From Dehalococcoidia bacterium (GTDB lineage: Bacteria; Chloroflexota; Dehalococcoidia; UBA2979), in the NCBI GenBank assembly GCA_023228825.1, contig JALOAL010000003.1:123956-187955 (forward strand): a DNA stretch of 64,000 nucleotides. The letters are read 5' to 3'. Below, piece by piece: positions 1 to 8,996 of this stretch. The notes beneath the pieces are model-generated. The model saw nothing but the letters and a program-made list of their open reading frames with translations, was not told the DNA's origin and did no database searches. The position numbers and the translations under genes are program-made. Each line of letters begins with the position of its first letter. Positions within the stretch are counted from its first letter, which is position 1.

Positions 1-373
1 GGTTGTCCTCCGCCTTCACGCGGACCTCCTTGCCGTTGGCGTCCAGCGCCTTCACGGTCACCTGCACCGAGCGCGTCACCGTGCCTCGATACCCGGGCAC
101 GGAGAGGCAGCCCTCGTCCACGCGGCGTTCACCGGAGCGACGGATCACCTCCGGGTTGATGAGCGCGAAGGGTTCTTCGTCCGGCATCCCGATCACCACC
201 AGGCGCAGCGGCACGCCCACCTGGGGCGCGGCAATGCCCACGCCATGCGCGGCGTACATGGACTCCGTCATGTCCTCGATGAGGCGGCGGATCGAGTCGT
301 CCACGCGCGAGATCTTCCGCGCGGGTTTGCGCAGCACGGGATCACCCAGGTAACGGATGGGACGGACGGTCAT
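1..373 (-). CDS. def: Peptide deformylase, C-terminal part cut off by the window edge (N-terminal ~124 aa present)
   Basis: Own minus-strand translation from ATG at 373: MTVRPIRYLGDPVLRKPARKISRVDDSIRRLIEDMTESMYAAHGVGIAAPQVGVPLRLVV...EGCLSVPG. It carries the deformylase motifs GxGxAAPQ and EGCLS. It is absent from the ORF track because it runs off the window. Confidence 0.85.
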   Translation of the reverse strand, partial: MTVRPIRYLGDPVLRKPARKISRVDDSIRRLIEDMTESMYAAHGVGIAAPQVGVPLRLVVIGMPDEEPFALINPEVIRRSGERRVDEGCLSVPGYRGTVTRSVQVTVKALDANGKEVRVKAEDN

Positions 374-544
374 GCGCTCTTCCAACACTGCGTCGCCACT
401 GCGTCACGGCCGTGCGGCGACCCGCCACGGGACCGCTCGTCCCGGGCCGCGCCCGATTGTATCGACGCGTCCGGCAGGCGTCTTGGGATCTGGCCCGCGC
501 ACCTCGACGTCTCGGGCCGATCGTCCCACCTCCCGCGCATGGTG

Positions 545-3325
545 TCAGTTCACCACCAGCGGATCGACGTCCACGATCCAGCCGGGCGGCAGTTCGTCCA
601 GGCCGCGCACCAGTGACGAGGGGGCCTCGCCGCGCACCAGGATCGACCAGCGGTGACGGCCTCGGACGCGCGCGATCTGTGGGGGCGTGGGGCCGGTGAC
701 CTCCACGCCCGGCCGGTCCACGGCCAGCCTGCGTAACTCGCCGGCCATGCGGCTGGCCTCCTCAATGGCGTAGGTGGCGTTGGTGTGCTGGAAGAGCAGG
801 CGCACCATGTGGCTGAACGGCGGATAGTCGTGCTCGTAGCGCCACCCGCTCTCCGCCTCGAAGAAGCCATCCACGTCGTGCGAGGCGGCGTAGAGGACGG
901 CCGGGTTCTCCGGGTCCATGGTCTGCACCACCACGCGGCCGTCGCGCTCGGCGCGTCCGGCGCGGCCGGCCACCTGCACCAGCAACTGGAAGGTGCGCTC
1001 GCGCGCGCGGAAGTCGCCCTCGCGCAGGGTATAGTCCGCCAGCACAACGCCCACCAGCGTCACCATGGGCAGGTCAAGGCCCTTCGCCACCATCTGCGTG
1101 CCCACCAGCACGTCCGCTTGCTGGCGCTGGAAGCGCGAGAGGATGCGCTCGTGCTGCTCGGGCGTGCGCGCCGTGTCGCGATCCCAGCGTTCGATGCGCG
1201 CCGTGGGGAAGTGGCGGCGCACCTCCGTCTCCACCTGCTGCGTGCCGGCCCGCAGCGGCCGCAGCGGCCGTCCGCACTCCGGACACGTCCGAGGCAGCAC
1301 GCGGGTCCGCCCGCACTGGTGGCATAGCAGCCGCCCGGCGCCGCGCCCCTGGTGCAGGGAGAGCGAGACGTCGCACGAGGAGCACGTGGGGGAGTGGCCG
1401 TTGGCGCAGATCACGTACCCGGCGAAGCCGCGGCGGTTCAGGAACAGGATGGCCTGCTCCCCTCGGTCCAGCACCTCGCCCAGCGCTTCCACCAGCGTGG
1501 AGGAGAACAGGTGGCGCGACTGGCGCATGTCCACGATCTGCACTTCCGGCAGGTCGCTCACGGGCCACGGCCGCACGCGCTGGGTGGCCGGGTCCAGCAC
1601 CGCGCGCATGCGGCGGGGCAGGTCCACGCGCAGCAGGTCGCCCTCTGCCGCCGCCAGCCAGCGTTCCGCGTCCGGCGTGGCCGTGCCGAAGACCACCGTC
1701 GCCCCGGTGCGGCGGCCCAGTTCCAGCGCCACCGTGCGCGCGTCGTACCGCGGGGCCGGTTCGTGCTGCTTGTAGGTCCACTCGTGCGCCTCGTCCATCA
1801 CCACCAGGCCCAGGTCCGGCTGTGGCGCGAAGATCGCGGAGCGCGAGCCGACCACCACGTCGTACCGGCCGGCGGCAATGTCATGCCACTGGTCATAGGC
1901 CTCGCCCAGCGCCAGGCCGGAGTGAAGGACGCCCACCCGTCCCGGGAAGCGCTCCGCGAAGCGGCGCACAGTCTGCGGCGTGAGCCCGATCTCCGGCACC
2001 AGCACCAGCGCGCGCTTGCCGTTGGCCACCGCGTGGCCGAGCGCGTCCAGGTACACCTCTGTCTTGCCGCTCCCGGTGACGCCCCAGAGCAGAATGCCCT
2101 GGCCCGCACCATCGTCAATGGCGCGGCGCAGGGCGGCGGCGGCGTCCTTCTGCTCCGCCACCAGGTCCACGGGAGGCCTCGCCACGACGTCCAGGCCGCT
2201 CAGCGGGTCGCGTCGGTCCAGCACCTGCCCGGTGGTGACGAGGCCCGCCTCCGTCAGCCGCTCCACGGCGGTGCGCGCCTCCCGGCCGACCTCCGCCGGC
2301 AGGCCGCGCAGGGGCAGTTCCGGCGCCTCGCCCGCCTCCTCCAGTGCGCCCAGGCGCTCCAGGAGCGCCGCTGCGGCCTGCTCTACCAGTCCGCGCGAAA
2401 GCACCCGCAGTTCACGTTCCGCGTCCGCCACGGGGACTGCCAGGCGCACCATCACGTCGTCGCGGCCGTCCTCGCGCTCGTCCTCGCGGGCCAGCACGCC
2501 GTCCGCGATCAACGTCTCCACCGCCGGCGCCCCCCGGGCAGCCCGCGACGCGGCCGCGAACGAGACGCCCTCCGGCGCCTCCATCACCGCGCGGATGGCG
2601 CGCGCGCGTCGCGAGGCGCGGCGGCCCTCCATGCGCTCGGCGGCCTGGCGCGCCTGGGCGGCGGAGACGGCGAGCCGCACGACCTCCAGGATGCGCGCCT
2701 TGCCGCGAGGCGCGTCCAGCCGGTAGCGCCGCACCGCCAGCCCGCGACGCAGCAGCGCCGTCAGCGCAGAGTCGAAGCCACGTGCGGGCACCACCTCGCG
2801 CAGTCGCTCCTTCAGGTCGTCCACGGGCACCGGTTCGTTGCGCAACGCATCGAAGATGGCCTGCTGACGGGCGGAGAGGGCCTTCGGCTCGCCTTCATCG
2901 CCCGCGACGATGGCGCCGCGCGCGACCATGGAGACCGGGCGCTCTCCCGCCCCCGGCGGCAGGACGAGCGAGTACGCCTCCCAGGCGGGCGACAGGTAGT
3001 ACTCCCGCACCCACGAGGCCAGCGCCATGCGCTCCTCGCTGATCTTCGGCGCGCCCTCCACCGGCGGCTCCAGGAAGCGCACCGCCTCCGGGTCGTAGCC
3101 GGGCGTGTCGAACGGCCCCTCCACCACAATGCCCTGCAGCGTGCGCGCACCCCACGGCACGTGCACCACCTGCCCCGGCTCCACCTCGCGGTCCGCGGGC
3201 ACGGCGTAGGAGAACGTGAGGTACGTGGGCCGCCCCGCGTTCACAGCCACCTTCACGTACCGAGGCCGCTCACCCACGGTCGGCGGGGGAGGGGGCGAGG
3301 GCTGGGAAGGCGAGGCGTCAGGCAT
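545..3325 (-). CDS. priA: Primosomal protein N' (PriA replication-restart helicase)
   Basis: 926-aa ORF with Walker A GVTGSGKTEVY, DEAH box (MDEAHEW), a Cys-rich zinc-binding insert (CANGHSPTCSSCDVSL..CHQCG..CPECG) and a helicase C-terminal domain. Confidence 0.9.
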   Translation of the reverse strand: MPDASPSQPSPPPPPTVGERPRYVKVAVNAGRPTYLTFSYAVPADREVEPGQVVHVPWGARTLQGIVVEGPFDTPGYDPEAVRFLEPPVEGAPKISEERMALASWVREYYLSPAWEAYSLVLPPGAGERPVSMVARGAIVAGDEGEPKALSARQQAIFDALRNEPVPVDDLKERLREVVPARGFDSALTALLRRGLAVRRYRLDAPRGKARILEVVRLAVSAAQARQAAERMEGRRASRRARAIRAVMEAPEGVSFAAASRAARGAPAVETLIADGVLAREDEREDGRDDVMVRLAVPVADAERELRVLSRGLVEQAAAALLERLGALEEAGEAPELPLRGLPAEVGREARTAVERLTEAGLVTTGQVLDRRDPLSGLDVVARPPVDLVAEQKDAAAALRRAIDDGAGQGILLWGVTGSGKTEVYLDALGHAVANGKRALVLVPEIGLTPQTVRRFAERFPGRVGVLHSGLALGEAYDQWHDIAAGRYDVVVGSRSAIFAPQPDLGLVVMDEAHEWTYKQHEPAPRYDARTVALELGRRTGATVVFGTATPDAERWLAAAEGDLLRVDLPRRMRAVLDPATQRVRPWPVSDLPEVQIVDMRQSRHLFSSTLVEALGEVLDRGEQAILFLNRRGFAGYVICANGHSPTCSSCDVSLSLHQGRGAGRLLCHQCGRTRVLPRTCPECGRPLRPLRAGTQQVETEVRRHFPTARIERWDRDTARTPEQHERILSRFQRQQADVLVGTQMVAKGLDLPMVTLVGVVLADYTLREGDFRARERTFQLLVQVAGRAGRAERDGRVVVQTMDPENPAVLYAASHDVDGFFEAESGWRYEHDYPPFSHMVRLLFQHTNATYAIEEASRMAGELRRLAVDRPGVEVTGPTPPQIARVRGRHRWSILVRGEAPSSLVRGLDELPPGWIVDVDPLVVN

Positions 3326-3367
3326 GGGGGGATTCTAGGCGCGTCAGAGACCGCGCCGGAGCGCAGA

Positions 3368-3390
3368 AACGCCGGGCAATGCCCGGCGTT
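3368..3390 (-). terminator. Palindromic hairpin downstream of rplS (10-bp stem, 3-nt loop), weak U-tract
   Basis: AACGCCGGGC aat GCCCGGCGTT read directly. It lies between the rplS stop (3426) and the priA start (3325). Confidence 0.35.
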
Positions 3391-3425
3391 CGCATCTCCC
3401 GAGAGCCCTCGGTCTGGGGCGCAGC

Positions 3426-3779
3426 CTAGGAGCGGCGCGCTTCCTTGACGCGCGCGGCTCGGCCAGTGCGGCCGCGGAGGTAGTACAGCCGCGAGCGGCG
3501 CACCCGGCCGCGGCGGGTCACGGTGAGCGAGTCCAGGCGCGGGCTGTTGAACGGGAACGTCCGCTCCACGCCAACGCCCGAGGCGATGCGGCGGACGGTG
3601 AAGTTGCCAGCAGGGCCGTTCTTCACGCGGATCACCACGCCCTCGAACGGCTGGAGACGCTCGCGCTCGCCCTCCACCACGCGGGCCATGACGCGGACGG
3701 TGTCGCCCGCGCCAAACTCCGGCAGGTCGGCAAACCCCTCGGGGCGCGGCTGGGCGAGTTCACGCAGGTCGACGGTCAT
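3426..3779 (-). CDS. rplS: 50S ribosomal protein L19
   Basis: 117 aa with typical L19 sequence ([60 protein letters not shown]). Confidence 0.95.
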   Translation of the reverse strand: MTVDLRELAQPRPEGFADLPEFGAGDTVRVMARVVEGERERLQPFEGVVIRVKNGPAGNFTVRRIASGVGVERTFPFNSPRLDSLTVTRRGRVRRSRLYYLRGRTGRAARVKEARRS

Positions 3780-4044
3780 GGTCGGGTTCCCTCGAGGTGG
3801 CGTTCGGTGTGAGTCAGCGGGCAGCCGATGGCCACTCCGCGTGAAGAGCGATTGTAGGCAACCACGCCTCCTAGCGTCGAGAGGTGTAAGCCGCGCCCAG
3901 TCATCCCGCGATGGTCTTCAGATCGAGGTAGAGGTCTCGGGGACGTTTGCGAGCACGACGCCGGTTGACCGCTCCCAGCCTCGCGGCCCTCGGCGTCCAG
4001 GGTGAAGCAGGCCCTTCCGTTCCGTGTACGCCCGTGCACGGCCA

Positions 4045-5277
4045 TCACTTCGCCGCCAGGTGCTCCCGCAGGGCTGGGAGCATCGAGGTGGGGCGGACAT
4101 CCACGTCGTCCAGGTTCGCAGGGGCGAACCAGCGGAACTCCAGCGCGAACTCGTGCTCCGTGCCCGCCAGTTCAACGCCCCCGAACGCCTCGCGGCGCTC
4201 GAAGCGAGGCGGCACGGTGGCCTCCACGTAGACGCCGATCTCGTGGTGCCGCAGCACCTCTCCCCGGCCGGGGCCGTCCATGGCGGACTTGAACTCCGCG
4301 AAGTTCTCCAGCACCCACAGCACGTCGCCCGGCTCCACCTTCATGCCGGCCTCCTCGCGCATCTCGCGGCGGACGCCATCCGCCACGGACTCGCCCACGC
4401 GCAGACGGCCGCCGGGGAGCGACCACACCGAGTCCCCCGCCGTGCGATGCAGCAGCACCCGCCCGTCCGAGGACGTGCATACGGCCGCGAGGCGCACCTG
4501 GAAGATCGTGTCGCCCACGCGCCGCTGCGCGAAGCCCGGGTCGCCCTCCAGACTCGCGCGCTCCTCCGGGGTGAGGTGGGCCGTGGGCAGCAGGTCCGGG
4601 CGACGCTCCGCCGTGCGGGCCACGCGCCGGGCGCGCCGCCAGCGGTTCACGGCGGCGTGGTCGCCGGAGGTGAGCACCTCCGGGACGCGCCAATCCCTGA
4701 ACTCGGCAGGGCGCGTGTACTGCGGGTACTCCAGCAGGCCCTGGTCGAAGGACTCCTCGTCCAGCGCATCCTCCGCGCCCAGCACCCCCGCCACCCGACG
4801 CGAAACGGCATCGATGAGCATCATCGCGGGGAGTTCGCCGCCGGTGACCACGAAGTCGCCGATAGAGACCTCCAGGTCAATCGTGTGCTCCAGCACACGC
4901 TCGTCCACGCCCTCGTAGCGGCCGCAGAGCAGCAGCAGGCGCTCGTGGCGTGCGAGGTCGTCCACCAGCGCGCGGTCCAGGCGGCGGCCCTGCGGGGAGA
5001 GGAAGACGCGGTAGGGCTGCGCCTCCGCGAGCCCCGTGACCGCCTCGATGGCCTGGAAGACCGGCTCCGGCTTCATGACCATGCCCGGCCCGCCCCCGAA
5101 CGGGTAGTCGTCCACGGTGCGGTGACGGTCGTGCGCCCACTGGCGGAGGTCGTGCAACTGCACGTCGATCAGCCCCTGCTCACGCGCCCGCCCCAGGATG
5201 GACTCGGACAGCGGCCCCTGGAACATGCCGGGGAAGAGCGTGAGGACGTCGAAGCGGATGACGGGGGCGGCGGTCAC
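4045..5277 (-). CDS. trmD: tRNA (guanine37-N1)-methyltransferase TrmD fused to a C-terminal NUDIX hydrolase domain
   Basis: N-terminal part VIRFDVLTLFPGMFQGPL...YPFGGGPGMVMKPEP...IGDFVVTGGELPAMMLIDAV is TrmD. The C-terminal ~150 aa contain a perfect Nudix box GRLRVGESVADGVRREMREEAGM. I chose GTG at 5277, which overlaps the mogA stop (GTGA). The 610-aa track ORF extends upstream only as a GC artefact over mogA. Confidence 0.85.
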   Translation of the reverse strand: MTAAPVIRFDVLTLFPGMFQGPLSESILGRAREQGLIDVQLHDLRQWAHDRHRTVDDYPFGGGPGMVMKPEPVFQAIEAVTGLAEAQPYRVFLSPQGRRLDRALVDDLARHERLLLLCGRYEGVDERVLEHTIDLEVSIGDFVVTGGELPAMMLIDAVSRRVAGVLGAEDALDEESFDQGLLEYPQYTRPAEFRDWRVPEVLTSGDHAAVNRWRRARRVARTAERRPDLLPTAHLTPEERASLEGDPGFAQRRVGDTIFQVRLAAVCTSSDGRVLLHRTAGDSVWSLPGGRLRVGESVADGVRREMREEAGMKVEPGDVLWVLENFAEFKSAMDGPGRGEVLRHHEIGVYVEATVPPRFERREAFGGVELAGTEHEFALEFRWFAPANLDDVDVRPTSMLPALREHLAAK

Positions 5278-5813
5278 CGCGCGTCCCCCGGCCCGGACTG
5301 GCCCTCCGACTGGATCTCGCGGTGCTCCTCCGCCACCTGCGTGACGGCGCCCTGCAGGAGGTCGCAGGCGTGGTTGAGGGCGGGGAGGATCACCTGCAGG
5401 TTCTCGCGCACGGCCTTCTCGCTGCCCGGCAGGTTCACGATCAGCGTCTGGCCTCGTACCCCCGCCACGCCGCGCGTGAGCATGGCGGCGGGCAACTGCC
5501 CGACGAACGCCTGACGCATCGCCTCCGGAATGCCGGGCACCTCGTAGTCGACCACCAGCCGCGTGGCCTCTGGCGTGCGGTCCGAAGGCGCGAGGCCGGT
5601 GCCACCGGTGGTGACGATGACCGACACGCCCCGGTCCGACCAGTCCACCAGCCGCTCCACGATCTGTACCTGGTCGTCCGGGACCATGGCGCGCTCGGCT
5701 ACCTCGAAACCCGTAGCGGCGAGCAACTCGGCGGCCGCAGGGCCGGCGGAGTCCTGGCGCTCCCCACGGGAACCCTGGTCGCTCACGGTGAGGACAGCGG
5801 CGGTGTGGGCCAT
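5274..5813 (-). CDS. mogA: MogA/MoaB-family molybdenum cofactor biosynthesis protein
   Basis: 179 aa. VLTVSD...VIVTTGGTGLAPSDRTPEAT...GIPEAMR...LIVNLPGSEKAV matches the MoCF_biosynth fold signature. Confidence 0.8.
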   Translation of the reverse strand: MAHTAAVLTVSDQGSRGERQDSAGPAAAELLAATGFEVAERAMVPDDQVQIVERLVDWSDRGVSVIVTTGGTGLAPSDRTPEATRLVVDYEVPGIPEAMRQAFVGQLPAAMLTRGVAGVRGQTLIVNLPGSEKAVRENLQVILPALNHACDLLQGAVTQVAEEHREIQSEGQSGPGDAR

Positions 5814-5981
5814 GCAACCTCCCAGGTCGGCAGCGCCCGTGCGCCCTCTGCTCGGCGCCCCCGGTTGGCGCCGGCAAGGTCAGGGGTGGAGGTCAGGGAT
5901 CGTACCAGCGGCGGCTGACTCGGACGGCTGGTACGCTTCCGCGCGTCCTGCATTCGCCCACCCGCTCCCGGAGGCTCATCC

Positions 5982-6755
5982 GTGCGCAAGTTCTTGTTCC
6001 TGTTGGCGCCGCTGGCGGTGATCCTGACGGGCTGCTTCACCATCGAGAACTCCTACGTGGTGAACGAGGACGGCTCCGGCACGCAGACCGTGCGCTTCGC
6101 CGTCCCGGGCGAGGTCCTCTCCACGCTGGGCGGGCAACTGCCGTCGCTGGAGGAGGCGGAGAGCGACCCGGACATGCAGGCGCTGCGCGCGGCCCTGGGC
6201 GACCGGGGCTCCGTGGAGTTCTTCTCCAACGAGGTCGAGGGCTTCGGCTTCCAGATGGTGGTGGACGTGCCCGCCTCGGACGACTTCAGCGCCGCGCTGG
6301 AGCAGGTGCTGGCGGACCTGCCGCTGGACGGCGACCTGCCGCTGGACCAGGTCACGTCCCAGGCCCCCGCCATCCTGCGCGACGGCAACGCCTGGACGTT
6401 CTCCATGGCCCTGGAGGCCCTGACCGACCAGGACGTGGCGGAACTGGCCGGCGACGACCAGGGCGCGGCCTTCGCCAGCGCCTTCCTGGACCAGAGCACC
6501 GTGACCGTGCGCGTCAGCCTGCCGGGCGAGATGGCCGAGCACGACGCCGACGAGGTGCTGGAGGACGGCACGCTGGTGTGGACTCAGCAGGGCTCCACCC
6601 CGCCTCGCACCATCAGCGCCCGCAGCGAACTGCCCGGCGACAGCGGCGCCATGCGCACGGTACTGATCCTGGCGGGCGTGCTGGGCGCCGCCGCCGTGGC
6701 GGCCGGGCTCGCCTACCTCGCCATGCGCCGGAGCAGCGCGCCCGAGCAGGCGTAG
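5982..6755 (+). CDS. Hypothetical lipoprotein with an additional C-terminal TM helix
   Basis: N-terminus MRKFLFLLAPLAVILTGC has a lipobox L-T-G-C. The body is acidic. The C-terminus is ELPGDSG + [25 protein letters not shown] + MRRSS. I recognise no family. Confidence 0.7.
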   Translation: MRKFLFLLAPLAVILTGCFTIENSYVVNEDGSGTQTVRFAVPGEVLSTLGGQLPSLEEAESDPDMQALRAALGDRGSVEFFSNEVEGFGFQMVVDVPASDDFSAALEQVLADLPLDGDLPLDQVTSQAPAILRDGNAWTFSMALEALTDQDVAELAGDDQGAAFASAFLDQSTVTVRVSLPGEMAEHDADEVLEDGTLVWTQQGSTPPRTISARSELPGDSGAMRTVLILAGVLGAAAVAAGLAYLAMRRSSAPEQA

Positions 6756-6900
6756 ACCACCGGTCCCCCTCCACCCGGCTCACCCACCGAAGCCCGCCTC
6801 CCGGCGGGCTTCTTCGTGTCCGTGCGCTCGTTTCGCATCGGCCAGGCGGCGGCCTCGAGGGGGCATCCCAGAAGAAATACCGGGAAGGCGGGCGCGGGTA

Positions 6901-6957
6901 TTGCATCCCTGGGCGGCCGGATGGTACGTTGCGGGGCGTTGTGGGGGGAAATGGGGA
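6901..6957 (+). promoter_or_regulatory. Candidate dcw (mraZ) promoter TTGCAT-N18-TACGTT followed by direct TGGGG-type repeats at 10-nt spacing (candidate MraZ operator)
   Basis: TTGCAT 6901-6906 and TACGTT 6925-6930. TGCGGGG is at 6930-6936, with TGGGG at 6942 and again at 6952. It lies ~40 nt upstream of the mraZ GTG. Confidence 0.35.
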
Positions 6958-6997
6958 GTTACCCCAAAACCCACAATCAAGATCGAAGGTGGCGGGT

Positions 6998-7420
6998 GTG
7001 TTCTTCTTCGGCACCTTCGAGCACTCCATCGACGAACGCGGCCGGGTAGCAATCCCCGCCCGCTACCGGCATGCGTTCGTCGATGGTGGTGTCCTCCGCG
7101 TTGGGCCTGAAGGCGCCGTGGAGATGTACACACAGTCCACGTTCGACGAAGAGGTCCAGCGCCGGCTCGCGGCCGCCAACGGCAACCGCAGTCTGGACGC
7201 GCGCCGCATCCGTCGCCAATTCCTCTCGGACGCCTACCCCGTTGAACTGGATAAGCAGGGCCGCATCCTGGTCCCGCCCCAGATTCGGGAGGAATCTGAC
7301 CTGGCAGCCCGATTATTGATCATCGGCTGTGGCGATTACCTCGAATTGTGGCATCCTGACGCATGGGTGGGGGAACAGGAAACGCTCGAAGACCTCGAGC
7401 GTGAAGAGGGCGAAGCATGA
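6998..7420 (+). CDS. mraZ: Transcriptional regulator MraZ
   Basis: VFFFGTFEHSIDERGRVAIPARYR...VELDKQGRILVPPQIRE shows the duplicated MraZ/SpoVT-AbrB pattern. GTG at 6998 is preceded by GAAGGTGG. The track ORF 6578..7420 over-extends upstream. Confidence 0.9.
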   Translation: MFFFGTFEHSIDERGRVAIPARYRHAFVDGGVLRVGPEGAVEMYTQSTFDEEVQRRLAAANGNRSLDARRIRRQFLSDAYPVELDKQGRILVPPQIREESDLAARLLIIGCGDYLELWHPDAWVGEQETLEDLEREEGEA

Positions 7421-8427
7421 CTTCCCCAACGGGGCCGCTTGGCTCCAGCCCCAACACGCCCCCCTACGCGCCACGGCACGAGCCCGTGATGCTGCGCGAG
7501 GCCATGGACGGCCTTGCGGTGCGGCCCGGCGGACGTTATGTAGACGGCACCGCCGGACTGGGCGGACACTCCGCCGCCATCATCGCGGCCGCCCTCCCGG
7601 GCGGTCGATTGCTCTCGCTCGACCGCGATCCCGCCGCCGTGGAGCACACCCGCACACGCCTGGCCGAACACGGGGACGCGGTCCTGGTGCTGCACGGCGA
7701 GTTCGAGGACATCGCTGAGATCTGCGAGGAGCACGGCTTCCGCCCGGTGGACGGCGTGCTGCTGGACGTGGGCGTGTCCTCCATGCAGTTGGACGCGCCG
7801 GGCCGTGGCTTCTCCTTCCAGCGCGACGAACCGCTGGACATGCGCATGGACCCGGGAGATGAGACCACCGCCTCCGACATCGTCAACAAGTACGACGAGC
7901 GCGCGCTGGCCGGCCTGATCTACGAGTACGGCGAGGAGCCGCGCAGCCGCCGCATCGCCCGCGCGATCGTGGAGCGCCGGCCCATCCGCACCACGCAGGA
8001 ACTGGCGGCGGCCGTGGAGGCCGCCGTGGGGCGTCGCTCGGACGCCCGGAGGCATCGAGGCCGCTCGCCCATCCACCCCGCCACGCTGACCTTCCAGGCC
8101 CTCCGCATCGCGGTGAACCGCGAGTTGGAGCAACTGGACGCCGCGTTGGAGGGCGCCCGCAGCCTGCTGGCCGCGGGCGGCCGCCTGGTGGTCATCTCCT
8201 TCCACTCGCTGGAAGACCGGCGCGTCAAGGACTTCATCCGGCTGCACGCGCGCGACTGCATCTGTCCGCCGCGTCAGCCCGTCTGCACCTGCGACCACCG
8301 CGCCACCCTGCGCGAGGTCACCCGCCGCCCGTTGCGGCCCTCGGACGCGGAGGTGGCTCGGAACCCGCGGGCCCGCTCCGCGCGCCTGCGTGTGGCAGAG
8401 GCGCTGGACGGACGGGAGGCCGCCTGA
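7417..8427 (+). CDS. rsmH: 16S rRNA (cytosine1402-N4)-methyltransferase RsmH
   Basis: HEPVMLREAMDGL...YVDGTAGLGGHS...GVLLDVGVSSMQLD...RGFSF..D.PLDMRMD. The ATG overlaps the mraZ stop (ATGA). Confidence 0.9.
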   Translation: MTSPTGPLGSSPNTPPYAPRHEPVMLREAMDGLAVRPGGRYVDGTAGLGGHSAAIIAAALPGGRLLSLDRDPAAVEHTRTRLAEHGDAVLVLHGEFEDIAEICEEHGFRPVDGVLLDVGVSSMQLDAPGRGFSFQRDEPLDMRMDPGDETTASDIVNKYDERALAGLIYEYGEEPRSRRIARAIVERRPIRTTQELAAAVEAAVGRRSDARRHRGRSPIHPATLTFQALRIAVNRELEQLDAALEGARSLLAAGGRLVVISFHSLEDRRVKDFIRLHARDCICPPRQPVCTCDHRATLREVTRRPLRPSDAEVARNPRARSARLRVAEALDGREAA

Positions 8428-8996
8428 TGGCCGCCGTCCCGGGCGCCCGCCCGCCAGCCAGCCCTCCGCGCCTCCAGGCCCAGGCCCGGCCCCAGGCCCA
8501 GCCGCGGATCCAGGCGGGCATCACCGCCGGGACCAACGGCGCCAGCACCGGCACGCGGCGCATCGCCGCGCCGGCGCGGCCACTGCCCTCCGGCTGGGGC
8601 GTGGTGCGACGCCGCGTCAGCGGCACCATGATCGTGGCCCTCGCGCTGCTGGCCGTGGCCAGCGCGGGCATCTTCCAGGTCCTGCAGACCAGCCGCGTGA
8701 CCGAGGTGGGCTACGCCCTGCGCGACCTGGAGACGGAGCGCGTCTCGCTGGACGCCAACATCCGTCTGCTGGAGGCGCGCATCGCCTCGTCCTCCAACCT
8801 GGAGCACCTGCGCGAACAGGCGGTGGATCGCCTGGGCATGGCCCCGGCAGAGGACACGCTGCGCATCACCGTGGACGTGCCGGCGCCCAGCGTGGTGCCG
8901 CTGCCTCGCCGCTACGTGGAAGCGCCGGAACGCGGACCGCTCCCGCAGCCGGCGTGGTGGGAAGAACTGATCGGGTCGATCCCCGGGTTCGACTGA
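8427..8996 (+). CDS. ftsL: FtsL-like cell-division protein (single TM plus coiled coil)
   Basis: It occupies the canonical slot between rsmH and ftsI. It has the TM helix MIVALALLAVASAGIFQVL followed by a heptad-like region (LRDLETERVSLDANIRLLEARIA). The call rests on position and architecture only. Confidence 0.55.
   Translation: MAAVPGARPPASPPRLQAQARPQAQPRIQAGITAGTNGASTGTRRIAAPARPLPSGWGVVRRRVSGTMIVALALLAVASAGIFQVLQTSRVTEVGYALRDLETERVSLDANIRLLEARIASSSNLEHLREQAVDRLGMAPAEDTLRITVDVPAPSVVPLPRRYVEAPERGPLPQPAWWEELIGSIPGFD

Noticed and set aside
1352-3448. Long antisense or out-of-frame ORFs overlapping recognised genes. Examples: 1352..3448(+), 4024..5514(+), 13255..14349(-), 14427..15521(-), 16858..18195(-), 18354..19574(-), 20324..21574(-), 22368..23699(-), 24541..26382(-), 28010..29326(-), 33366..35126(-), 42613..44571(+), 48284..49801(-), 54147..55850(+), 59005..60144(-).
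   Set aside because: All lie opposite to, or out of frame with, genes that have clear family signatures. Their translations are Arg/Ala/Gly/Pro/His-rich low-complexity strings, as expected for stop-poor frames in very GC-rich DNA. None shows a motif I recognise.
3780-4044. L19-leader-type autoregulatory RNA and promoter (TCGACG-N18-TACAAT, with the -10 at 3851-3856 on the minus strand) in the 265-nt trmD-rplS gap.
   Set aside because: The hexamers are plausible, but the -35 is weak. I cannot match the leader to the known L19 leader structure by eye. It is left uncalled pending transcription-start data or cmscan.
5278-5877. Upstream 200 codons of the 610-aa ORF 4045..5877, which would give TrmD a huge N-terminal extension.
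   Set aside because: This stretch is occupied, in another frame, by a clean MogA/MoaB-family gene (5274..5813). The extension translates to Arg/Gly/Pro-rich junk. GTG 5277 sits exactly at the conserved TrmD N-terminus and overlaps the mogA stop.
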